Positions 1-11,190 of a stretch of 64,000 nt of DNA are shown here, piece after piece. This DNA comes from Selaginella moellendorffii. Its lineage: Eukaryota; Plantae; Lycopodiophyta. The number at the start of each line of letters is the position of its first letter. Position 1 is the first letter of the stretch. The notes under the pieces were generated by a model, which worked only from the letters and a program-made list of their open reading frames with translations, did no database searches and was not told the DNA's origin. A program made the position numbers and the translations under genes. Location: assembly GCF_000143415.4 (NCBI RefSeq), contig NW_003314261.1:4146880-4210879 (forward strand), read 5' to 3'.

Positions 1-2575
1 CTTAGACGTCAGTGTGTCGAAGTCTGAGCTCTTTGGAGCTTTTCCATCAGTAATTGGCATACGGGAATACTCGATAGAGTAGCCTTCGGAGACCAGCCGA
101 GAGTAAACTTCGAATGGAGTCTGAACTCCTTCTGGAGTAACACTTTCCCAGCTGTCGAATATGAAACCGTCTTTCGATTCGTGGTTCACCATAATTGCAC
201 CATCATAACGTTCTGCTTCCTTGAGCACGTCTTCTTTGAGTCGAGCCTCCATCTGTTCTACTCGGTCGCGATCAATTCCCTGAGACAGAGCCAAATTAAA
301 CATATGAACACAAATACCATCGGTTAGGACTTACTGTATACTCGAGCATGTTTTTGTAAGGCCTCTCGACTTCTCGCAGAACGAATGGCTGTCCATTGAT
401 ATATACGACTGGCTCCTCTCTCATGTTATGCCACAAGACGGGACGTCCTCCTTTTCCACCACCAACTCTTTCCAAGACCGCTTTGATGCCGCTAACAGTG
501 GGATTGGCAACTCCGTAGACAGGAAAACCAGGAATTTCCCTGAAGTTTGGAGCTCCCTCCACACTTTCGGGCAGATGAGGATTATGACAGCCCGGATAGT
601 GGTCACCCTTCAAAACTGTTTGTTTCCCAAGAACGTCTCCAGTTCTGCATGCCGCCACAGCTTCCATCCTGGATGGTCGGCCATTTTCAGCTGCCACAGG
701 GGGTTTGTTTCTGTAGCCAAGTGCTCCCATGGGATCCCGCCGCAAGAGCCTGAAAGAAATGCTCATGAGCGAGAATGTGACTACTAAAGATACAGCAAAC
801 CTTCTCAAGATACTGTACAATTCCGGCCTAGCCTTCATCCACTGCTGAAAGCCACCAGGCTGCGTTAAGGCAGACTGATCTGTATGTATATATACAGCAA
901 AACAGATCAGAAAGTAGTACCGCTCCAGATACTCGACAAAGTACGAGAGAGAAGACTCCCTCTTCTTTTCATCTGCTTGCCGCAAAATGCTGTTACGATA
1001 TGTGTTGATGGCTTCACGCAAGTTCTGCCATGGTCTATTGTGAATAACAGCAACCTCGAAAGGAAAAATACATCTACCTGCATAGCCGAACACCTATCTA
1101 TAACAGTATCAACTTGTCGTTTGCCTTCGACGCCACCCTGAAAAACAGAAAGTCTTCAGAGTCAGAATAAAAACAAAGCAAAAAAACAGTATTTCTTACC
1201 TCCAAAACCCGACAAAGGCTCCTTACAACAGTGTATTCACCTTGTCTAAACCCTTCCTCGGAATCAGGAAATTCGTCAGTTGACTCCTCTGCAGAGCCAA
1301 GTACTTCCCCGAAGGACCTCGATCTACGAATTCCTGCAAAATACTGCTGCCTCGGAATTAGTAATCTCTAGAATCTTTCTAAAATTTTTGTTTCCTCACA
1401 TGATATAATCTTCCATTGTTAATGTGGACGACAAGTCAAATAGTTAACCGGATCAAAAAGACAAAAAAACGTAAAATGACACCTGCAGATCCGCTTCGCT
1501 TCAAATATACAAGAGTTGCAATGACCATTCCAGTAGTTGTACGCCCTCGACCCATTTGACAATTAAACACCAAGGCGGTGTTAATGTCCGCTTCTGCAAC
1601 ACGCTGCACCTGCTCGATCCAGAACAAAGAAGAATTTCAGCTTGTTCAAGGATAAAGCAACAAACCAGTAGATCGAAGTCCCGTTCTTTGGGAGATTTCT
1701 CATCAGTGATTGGCAACCGTTCATAATCCACGAAGTACGACTCATTGCACAAGCTGTCGTACACCTATTCCGAAAAAGAAAACAACTAAGTTGAAAGCAA
1801 ATGCAGATGAAGACCTTCAACCTCTAGAGGTGTTAGCACCGATGCGTCAGTTATTGGTTCCCACTGGTCGATCATTTGGCCGTCAGGCATTTCATCACAA
1901 ACCAGGATTTTGCAGCCAAACCTAAGGACAAAATAGCACTCACAATTTACTAAAACGAGTGAGCTAAGAAACATACCGACCAGCCTCTCGAAGAACATCC
2001 TCTTTCAGCCTGGCTTCCATTTCCTCAACACGAACTCTGTTAATTCCCTATTCAATGACAAAATCAGCTTTTAGTTCGTCAAGCAACACTACACTCACAG
2101 TATACTCGAGGTTCGTGAATGGCCTCTCGATCTCTCTCAACACAAATGGCCGACCATTTATGTAAATAACCTGAAAGTAGAGAACTTCCGTGAAGATGAC
2201 GAACAGAATAAAAATCTTCTTACTGGCTCTTCACGGAGATTGTGCCAGAGCACGCGCTTGTGACCTCCATTCCGATTTGCGCCGATCAAATCGAGCACCT
2301 TGCGTATGCCATCGATCGTTGGAATAGCTACGCCAAACACGGGGAGCGAGCCAACCTGTTTGATATGTTTTGTCAGACGAAAGCTTGGGTAACTTCGTCC
2401 CGCTACAAACCTGGCGATAATTTGGAGCGCCTTGGACGTGCGGCTGTAAACGCTTGTTCTGGCAGCCTGGAAAGTGATCGCTCTTGAGAATCGTCTTCCG
2501 CCCAAGCACGGAGCCTCCTCGCGACATAATCACATGCTCCGGCTCCCGCGACGCGGCGAGCTCGCTGCTCGCCAT
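1..2575 (-). CDS. Paladin-like protein (PTP-like/inositol phosphatase repeats), multi-exon, 3' part runs off the left edge
   Basis: ATG at 2575 (MASSELAASREPEHVIMSRGGSVLGRKTILKSDHFPGCQ). Two repeats of GAPN(Y/F)R...GVA.PT...VLWHN(L/M)REEPVVY.NG.PFVLRE.ERP, plus a CX5R P-loop NCQMGRGRT near 1540-1565. Many short GT-AG introns. Confidence 0.9.
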
Positions 2576-3259
2576 CTCAAACCCTAAGAGTGAATCCAGT
2601 GTCGATGGAGCTTCTCCCCCTCGCGCAGCGCAAATCCTTCCCCCTTGCTCTACTGCCCCGCGCTTCCCAATGCTGATACTCTGCGAGCTCCGGGGCCCCG
2701 GCGCGGCTGGATCTCCACAGAACCCTCCCGGGGCCACTGCTTTACCAGCGAGGAGATTCATCCAGGAGCTGGAAAATCGCCGGGAAGAGCTGCGCCAATG
2801 CCTCGCGATTCACCATAGCTGCGCCATTGCTGCACCAGTCTAGAAAAATAACAATCCGCCCTAAAATACGTCTGAAATTTCTCGTGTTCCACGAGCTTGT
2901 ACGAAAAATTGCGGCTGTTGGAGCTGTCCCATCTCTCTTGCTGACGTGTCGGATTTACTAGAGCACCTGGTGCGAATCGAACGTGGCATATACATCCAAC
3001 TGCCGACGAAATCTCAACCGTTCGTTCAAACACACAATCCAAGTTGCCGTTGGATAAAAGAATTATTTGTAAACTTTAATTTCCACGTAGAAAGAACAAA
3101 CCATCAAGTAAGCTTGATTGAGATACAAAGAACACAGCAGTAGCTATAGATCATCTAATCTAAACCACTATAGAAGAAACCAGGAAAAAAACGATGGTCA
3201 GGAAAAGGAGAAGCTCGGTCACTGGAGAAATCACTACTCCCCCTTTTGGACGAGACATA

Positions 3260-4792
<1,533 letters not shown>

Positions 4793-5182
4793 TCAAGATC
4801 AAGATCTAGCCCGCATTTGGCAAGAATCGCAAGAAAACACCAGGGAAAAGCACGAAACAAGAATGCGCCCAGAGAAAAAGGCGGCAATCGACAGAGAACC
4901 CCAAGGTCACGGCGCATACCTTGTCGAGCGGCGAGGCGGAGGCGCTGAATCCGACGAACCTCTCTCGCGGAGAGGAAGAAGAGCTAGGGCGCGCCGCAGC
5001 CGCTTTCTCGAGCTCACACACACAGGACCCCCCAAAAACCACTATATAGAAAGAGCAAGAGGGATTGTCTAAAAGAGAGGGAAGCCCAGTTAGCCGGATT
5101 TGGAAGAGAATTTGAAATCCGCCGGCCGGCCGGCCGGCCATATAGTTTTTCCCGCCGACGCAATTCACGGGTAGCGGCCGAT

Positions 5183-5330
5183 CAACGGGCAAAAAGATCT
5201 CAAAAAAGTGACGGCATATGCTCTATAACGGCCATGTCCGGGGCATATTCCGGTCATGCACGATCGTGAGCTGATTCGATCATGCCAGAGCTCCCCGAGC
5301 GTATGCCCAATATGGGCATAATAACGGCCC
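5183..5330. promoter_or_regulatory. Beta-tubulin upstream motif cluster: three AACGG (MSA-like) cores, two GNATATNC (P1BS-like) motifs, one 8-bp inverted repeat
   Basis: AACGG at 5184, 5227 and 5323. GCATATGC at 5214 and GCATATTC at 5243. TATGCCCA-ata-TGGGCATA at 5302-5320. Function is inferred from motif match only. Confidence 0.4.
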
Positions 5331-5685
5331 GAAACTGGCACTTTGGCGCCCTTGGAGGGCATCTAAATTTCATAACCTCGCCATCGAGCGCTTTCACGCT
5401 TGCCCAAATATGAAGTAATCGTTCGATGAATAGTCATCGTGCTGAGCATTCGATACCTCTGGAGCTCAGATTAAGAAACGTGAAGTGAGCCCTACTCATA
5501 GTGAATAGTAATTACCTCCTCCCTGACCACTGTCCACTAAAAGCATGCAGGGAAGGAGTTGCTTCAAAGAAAGCCAAGAGATGCCCTAAAAATCTTGCAA
5601 GAGCAATAGATCTCCATGGTTTAACAAGAATTTACTGGAATTCACCAAATATGAAGACACCACATTTGCTGATCATACAAAAGAA

Positions 5686-6085
5686 GACTTTACATGGTTT
5701 AACCAGCTTTCACATTTTTTGCGATCAGTCGTCACACTTTATTTATCATGATAAAAGGGAAGTCCAAGTGATCCCATCTTTTTTTTCCTTAAATTTACAT
5801 GTGTTATTCTTATTTAATACTGATCAATCGAATTCGTTGACCTTTACATCTAGACCACTCAAAACAGACCGTGATCAAGCTATAACCCGACCCAAACTGG
5901 TTTCTCTTTCGACCCATCGACTTTACATGGTTTAACCAGCTTTCACATTTTTTACCATTGGTCGTCACACTTTATTTATCATGATAAAAGGAAAAACTTC
6001 GATTCGAGGACCTTTACATCAAAGCTAGACCACTCAAAACAGACCACAATCATGTTATAACCCGACTCTCTCGTTCGACCCATGG
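5686..6085. repeat. Imperfect tandem duplication (about 233 bp + 167 bp units) directly 3' of the sHSP stop
   Basis: gactttacatggtttaaccagctttcacatttttt...gtcgtcacactttatttatcatgataaaagg at 5686 and 5919. gacctttacatc...tagaccactcaaaacagacc...tataacccgac...ttcgacccat at 5839 and 6009. Confidence 0.9.
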
Positions 6086-6087
6086 AT

Positions 6088-6795
6088 CTAAGCCACATTG
6101 ATAGAGCGGGTCTCGGGCTTGGTTTCCTTCGATTTGGGGACGTTGATGGTGAGGACGCCGTTGTCCACCTTCGCGTTGATCTCTTCCACCTTGGAGTCCT
6201 CGGGCAGTCGGAACTTCCTCAAGAAGCAGCCATACGAGCGCTCCACGCGGTGCCACTTGTCCGTCTCCTGTGTGCTTTCCTTCTTGCGCTCGCCGCTGAG
6301 AACCAGCGTGTTGCCATCCTGGATCTCGATCTTGATCTCCTCCTTGCTCAGTCCTGGACAAGATCATCAACGAGAACACGATCAGGACAGATAAAGGGGA
6401 GAGGTAGAGAGAGAGAGAGAGAAGAGCAATCAAGATCGAAAGATCAATCGATGGATCAAGCGAGAACGCCAGCAAACCTAAGACATTTCCTCTCGATCTC
6501 TCGAAATATCGACTCGTTGCAAAGAAGATCAAGCGAGGAAGGGCGAAAAGAGAGGAAGAACGGGGATTGTCAAGATTTCGGAGAGAAGAATATTACCTGG
6601 AAGATCGGCCTTGATGACATGCGCATCCGGGGTCTCAACCCAATCCACGCGGGTGTTGGCGACGGCGCTGGCATCCTTGGCGAACTGGCGAGATGGACCG
6701 CTCTCGAAGATCGCCGATGGATCGAAGAAGCGATCGAGGGGGCTGTCGAAAATGCTGGTGAGATCGCCGCGCTTGAAAAAGGGAGTGAGAGCCAT
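6088..6795 (-). CDS. Cytosolic class I-like small heat shock protein (Hsp17/18), exons 6795-6597 and 6353-6088
   Basis: DASAVANTRVDWVETPDAHVIKADLPG|LSKEEIKIEIQDGNTLVLSGERKKE...WHRVERSYGCFLRKFRLP...DNGVLTINVPK...SINVA*. GT-AG intron 6596-6354. Confidence 0.93.
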
Positions 6796-6881
6796 CGCTT
6801 TTCTTTCTTCTCTCTGTCGCAGACCCTTGCTAGAGAAACTTGCTATCACTGTGAATGCTCCACTGCGAGAAACGGGAAGAG

Positions 6882-6933
6882 ATTTTTATACTGCCACTTG
6901 GACGCTCCTAGAAGAGCGAGGATGGTTCTGGAG
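6882..6933 (-). promoter_or_regulatory. TATA box and imperfect heat-shock element in the divergent sHSP/PPR promoter
   Basis: Minus-strand TATAAAAA at about 6882-6890. Pentamer-register array TCCtaGAAgaGCGagGATggTTCtgGAG at 6906-6933. Confidence 0.6.
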
Positions 6934-7034
6934 AGTGCCATGGATATTCGGTATCCACTTGGCTTACCAGCCACGTGGACGGCTGGATGGAGCCAGGGCT
7001 TATGAGAAATGTTTTAGGGTTTATAGAGCTTCCG

Positions 7035-8840
7035 ATGTGGAGGCGCTCGGATCGCGGCGCGCGGACGCTCGCATTGAGGTACTTCTGCTCGGATTCCGGC
7101 CGCCAGGTGCTGCCCGGGCAGCGTTCGCAGGAAGTTCTTGCGGTTCTCTCGCGCCCGGATTGGATCCAGGGCCTGGAATCCCTGAGGAAATCGTCGCTGC
7201 CCGAGAATGTGGTCTATGAGGTGCTGCAATCTGTCCAGGAATGGCGCAAGGCATTTGATTTCTACCGGTGGGCGGGCTCGCGGCCACACTACACGCACAG
7301 TTTCAGAAATCTTCGAACCACAGTCTCGTTTCTCTGCCGCGCGATGAGGTATCAAGAAGCGTACGAGCTTCTGATGGATGCTGCACGATTGGGGCCCGAA
7401 CCAGACCAGTTTCTCTGTAGCCTGGTGATGCTGAGGCTCTCGGACAGCGGGCAAACAATCCAGGCCTTTGAGCTTCTCAAGAAAATGCGGAGCTTGGGAG
7501 TGGTTCCAGACACGAGAATGCTCAACATCATGCTCAAGGGGCTCAAGGTTGACGATGGTTTGTGGGTGCTGCGAGAGTTTTCTCACGCTGCGAGCTCCGT
7601 TTCGTGCAACATCGTCATGGACAAGCTCTCCAAGCAGACCCGGATCGACGAGGCTCGCCAGCTCCTGCTAGAGATGGAGGCCAAGGGGATCAAAGGCGAT
7701 GGCTTCACTTACACTACTTTGGTCCATGGATACTGCCGGCTGGGACGACTCGACGACGCTTGCCAGGTTCTAGAGGGCATGAGCTGCACTCCCTGCGCGT
7801 CTATGTACAACGCGATCATCAAGACCCTTTGCGGAGTTCAGAGCTTCTCGCAAGCGTTTCTTTTGGTGGACGACATGGCGGAGAAAGGCTGCATTCCTAC
7901 GGTGGTGACTTTCGGGATCCTGGTGGACGGGCTGTGCAAGGCCAACAGGTTGACAGATGCGTTCGAGCTCGTGGAAGTCATGGCGGAGCGGGGGTGCTTT
8001 CCAAATGCGCTGGTTTTCAATGGGATCATGGACGCGCTTTGCAAGGAGGGACGGTCAGCAGAGGCGTATGGTTACATCGAGACCATGAGATCAATGGGAG
8101 TTTCTCCGACCATCGTCACGTACAACATTTTGATCGATGGCTTCTGCAAGGAGGAGAAGCTTCACAGGGCCCTTGAGATACTCCAGGAGATGACCGGCAG
8201 AGGTCATGAGCCCAACCACGTAACTTACAATACGTTTTTGCACGGGCTGTGCAAGTATGGAAAAGTTGACGATGCTCTGGCGCTCTTTCGTGCCATGACC
8301 GAGAAGAAGATACGTCTGGACGTGTATGGATACACTACGCTGATAGACGGGCTCTGCCAGGCAGGAAAGCTGGCCGAGGCTTACAGCCTCCTGGACGAGA
8401 TGGAAAACTCTGGCTGCGTTCCAAAGCCTGGCTGTTACAACGCGATACTCTCCTGGCTCTGCAAGGGCAGCAGGATAAACGAGGCTCACAAGCTCTTTAA
8501 GCGGATGACAGGCTCGGGCATCCTTCCCGACTGGTTAACGTTTGGAATGATGGTCTTCGGCTACTGTAGAGGCCACCGCATTGACGACGCTCTCCTGCTG
8601 CTCCAGCAAATGAAGAGTGCTGGGTTGGCACCACGCGAAGTCATCTACAACACTTTGATTGACGCACTCAACCGGGCAGGGAGAGTTTCCGAGGCGTACA
8701 GGCTTCTCCAGGAGATGATTTCCAGAGGATTATCACCCAACAGCAGGACTTACGCACTGATGAGGAAACAGCAGACTGACGACAGCAACTTAGTCGTGGA
8801 GCTGGATTACAGGAAAGAGTGCGAGTTCTTAAGAGCCTAA
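7035..8840 (+). CDS. P-class pentatricopeptide repeat protein (intronless), probably organelle-targeted
   Basis: Tandem 35-aa repeats (e.g. PTIVTYNILIDGFCKEEKLHRALEILQEMTGRGHE). Likely ATG at 7035 (MWRRSDRGARTLALRYFCS, presequence-like), with alternative ATGs at 6987 and 7002. No E/DYW domain. Confidence 0.92.
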   Translation: MWRRSDRGARTLALRYFCSDSGRQVLPGQRSQEVLAVLSRPDWIQGLESLRKSSLPENVVYEVLQSVQEWRKAFDFYRWAGSRPHYTHSFRNLRTTVSFLCRAMRYQEAYELLMDAARLGPEPDQFLCSLVMLRLSDSGQTIQAFELLKKMRSLGVVPDTRMLNIMLKGLKVDDGLWVLREFSHAASSVSCNIVMDKLSKQTRIDEARQLLLEMEAKGIKGDGFTYTTLVHGYCRLGRLDDACQVLEGMSCTPCASMYNAIIKTLCGVQSFSQAFLLVDDMAEKGCIPTVVTFGILVDGLCKANRLTDAFELVEVMAERGCFPNALVFNGIMDALCKEGRSAEAYGYIETMRSMGVSPTIVTYNILIDGFCKEEKLHRALEILQEMTGRGHEPNHVTYNTFLHGLCKYGKVDDALALFRAMTEKKIRLDVYGYTTLIDGLCQAGKLAEAYSLLDEMENSGCVPKPGCYNAILSWLCKGSRINEAHKLFKRMTGSGILPDWLTFGMMVFGYCRGHRIDDALLLLQQMKSAGLAPREVIYNTLIDALNRAGRVSEAYRLLQEMISRGLSPNSRTYALMRKQQTDDSNLVVELDYRKECEFLRA

Positions 8841-11002
8841 GAAGCGTCGTTACTCTCCTTGTTCAGGGCTTCCAGGTTGCTAGCATCGACAAGGTGGCCT
8901 TTCTCGTTCATCTCCTGGACCATGCTACGCGCAGAGTTTACATCTCCTGTCCTGAGAAAGAGCCTGACCAGCGAGTTGAAAATGGAGGCACTGGGAACAC
9001 AGTCCTGGTCAAGCATCTGCTGGTAGACTGCAAGAGCTTTGGAAGGGACTTCCTCGGTTTCCGCAAGCTTGGCAATGAGGACATTATACGTGTAGGAGTC
9101 GCAGCTCCAACCTCTAGCTGTCATCTCCTGGAGCAACGTCAAGCCTTGCTCAGTGTCCTCGGCTCTGCAATATCCATCGATCAGGATCCTGTACGTGATT
9201 GCATCTGGAGAGCAGTAGCTGGTTTTGTTCTTGAGCTGCTGGTACACTCCCTCGGCCTTGGACATCATCCCGGCTTTGCTGAAGGCACTGAGGACCGTGT
9301 TGTACGTGATGATATCTGGGAAGCAGCCTTTGGCAGACATCTCGTCAAAGAGGCTCTCGGCTTCCTCATACATGCCATGCTTGGCATAGCCGTTGATCAA
9401 CGCCGCATAAGTCACAACATTTGGCTTGCAGCCCACGGCTTGCATCTCCTGGAGTAGCAACTTGGCTTGTTTGAGGCTGCCGAATTTGGACTGGCCGTCG
9501 ATCAGTGTGTTATAAGTCACCACATCGGGTACGCAGATGTTTTTTGCTTTCATCTCTATCAGCAACTGATGGGCTTGTGATAGCCTCCCTGCCTTGCAGA
9601 AGCCGCTTATCAACGTGTTGAAGAAGATGACGTCGGGCTTGCAGCAACCGCTGTCAAGCATCTTGCGGGACAGCTTCCACGCGTCGTCGACGTTTCCAGA
9701 TTTGCAGAGACCATCGATCACAAAGTTGTAAGACAGTAAGTTCGGTAAGCTTCCGCTCTCGATCATTCCCAGTAAGATGTTTTTGGCTAATGGAAACTTT
9801 CCGGACCTGCAGAGAGCTCCGATGAAAGCATTGTGGGTGTACACCTCCATAACGCAACCAGCTTTCATGGCTTGCTCGTAGGCCCAGGAAGCGCTTTCGA
9901 TATCTCCTGCTCGGATGAGTGCATGAATAAGAGGAGCGTAAGTTGCCGACAGCGCATAGTGCCCCGACTTCACCATGTGTTCAAGCACCTCGTCGACGGT
10001 GTCCAGGCGGTTTGCTCGCGAGAGATTGTCGAGCATGATGCTGTACGTGAGAGAGTCCGGTACGCATCCTCTTTCCAGCATTCCTTTAAACACCTGAAAC
10101 GCATCGTCGATCCTGTTCGCCTTGCAGAGCCCACTTATGATGCTGCAAAAGGTGACAACGTCGGGAGGAATCCCACCGCGGTCCATTTCTTCCAGCATTT
10201 CGAGGCCCTTGTCGAGCTTTCCGGCCTTGCACAGCCCGGATATGAAGGTGTTGTAGGTGACAACGTCAGGTATGCGTCCACTCTCGATCATCTCGCTCAT
10301 CAAAACCTGGGCTTCGTCCACTCTTTTGAGCCGGCACAGGCAGCTAACAACAATGTTGTATGTGTAGAGGTTGGCGACGCTCGAGTTTATCATCTCCTGG
10401 AGGAGCTCCAGTGCTTGCTCGATCTTGTCCCCGCTGCACAAGTCATGTAAGATCCCATTCACCCTCTTCGTTTCGACACTGACTTTGGCCCGCTCCATCT
10501 GCTTGAAGAGCTCCCGGACTTTGTCCCGGTCCCCGGCCGCGACGCAAGCACTGAGCAGCGCGGCGAAAACTCCAGCGTTTGGACGGAGCCCTCGATCCAG
10601 CGCCTGTGCAAGCCTCGAGAACGCCTCGCCGTGCCGCTTGTTCTTGGCGAGCATCCGGACCAGCGTACCTGTGGTGGCGGCGTCGTGCTGGAACCCCCCG
10701 CGCGTGGCTGCCCAGTCGTAGAAGGTGAGAGCTCTCTCGCAGTCCCTGGCATTTCTTAGAACGCTGCTCACGGTGGCTCTGCTCAGCGACGATCGGGAGC
10801 ACTGCTCCAATGCCTCTTGGAGCCTGGTGGCGTCGGAGTTGAGAACCCAGATCAAGGCATCGGCATTGTGCGTTGATCGATTCGAGGAAAACGAGGAAGA
10901 GCAAGCTGCTACATAGCTACTGGAAGAAGAAGACGCACACGCTGCGACGGTGGGCTCTGTGTGTAGCGACGCGGCCGCCGCTGCCATCATCGCCATAGCC
11001 AT
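8837..11002 (-). CDS. P-class pentatricopeptide repeat protein (intronless)
   Basis: Long run of PDVVTYNT.I.G.CK.G repeats. First ATG at 11002 with an Ala/Ser-rich transit-peptide-like N-terminus. No E/DYW domain. Confidence 0.93.
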   Translation of the reverse strand: MAMAMMAAAAASLHTEPTVAACASSSSSSYVAACSSSFSSNRSTHNADALIWVLNSDATRLQEALEQCSRSSLSRATVSSVLRNARDCERALTFYDWAATRGGFQHDAATTGTLVRMLAKNKRHGEAFSRLAQALDRGLRPNAGVFAALLSACVAAGDRDKVRELFKQMERAKVSVETKRVNGILHDLCSGDKIEQALELLQEMINSSVANLYTYNIVVSCLCRLKRVDEAQVLMSEMIESGRIPDVVTYNTFISGLCKAGKLDKGLEMLEEMDRGGIPPDVVTFCSIISGLCKANRIDDAFQVFKGMLERGCVPDSLTYSIMLDNLSRANRLDTVDEVLEHMVKSGHYALSATYAPLIHALIRAGDIESASWAYEQAMKAGCVMEVYTHNAFIGALCRSGKFPLAKNILLGMIESGSLPNLLSYNFVIDGLCKSGNVDDAWKLSRKMLDSGCCKPDVIFFNTLISGFCKAGRLSQAHQLLIEMKAKNICVPDVVTYNTLIDGQSKFGSLKQAKLLLQEMQAVGCKPNVVTYAALINGYAKHGMYEEAESLFDEMSAKGCFPDIITYNTVLSAFSKAGMMSKAEGVYQQLKNKTSYCSPDAITYRILIDGYCRAEDTEQGLTLLQEMTARGWSCDSYTYNVLIAKLAETEEVPSKALAVYQQMLDQDCVPSASIFNSLVRLFLRTGDVNSARSMVQEMNEKGHLVDASNLEALNKESNDAS

Positions 11003-11077
11003 AAACCCTGAACCCAAGCAAAAGAAATATCTTCCCAAACCTCCAGGTGGGCATATTCTGGTATATTACTAACCAAG

Positions 11078-11190
11078 AACCCTAAACCCTAAACAAGACT
11101 GTTCAAGTATATTCTTCAAATTGTAAGCATATTCTTCTTTTAAATATAAACCCTAAAGCGCGAATTTATGAATCTAAAACCCTAAACCCT
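11078..11190. promoter_or_regulatory. Cluster of telo-box / interstitial telomeric motifs (AAACCCTA)
   Basis: aaccctaaaccctaaac at 11078-11094, aaaccctaaa at 11148, aaaccctaaaccct at 11177-11190. Similar motifs occur at 13572 and 13589 in the PPR/NOP2 divergent promoter. Confidence 0.7.
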
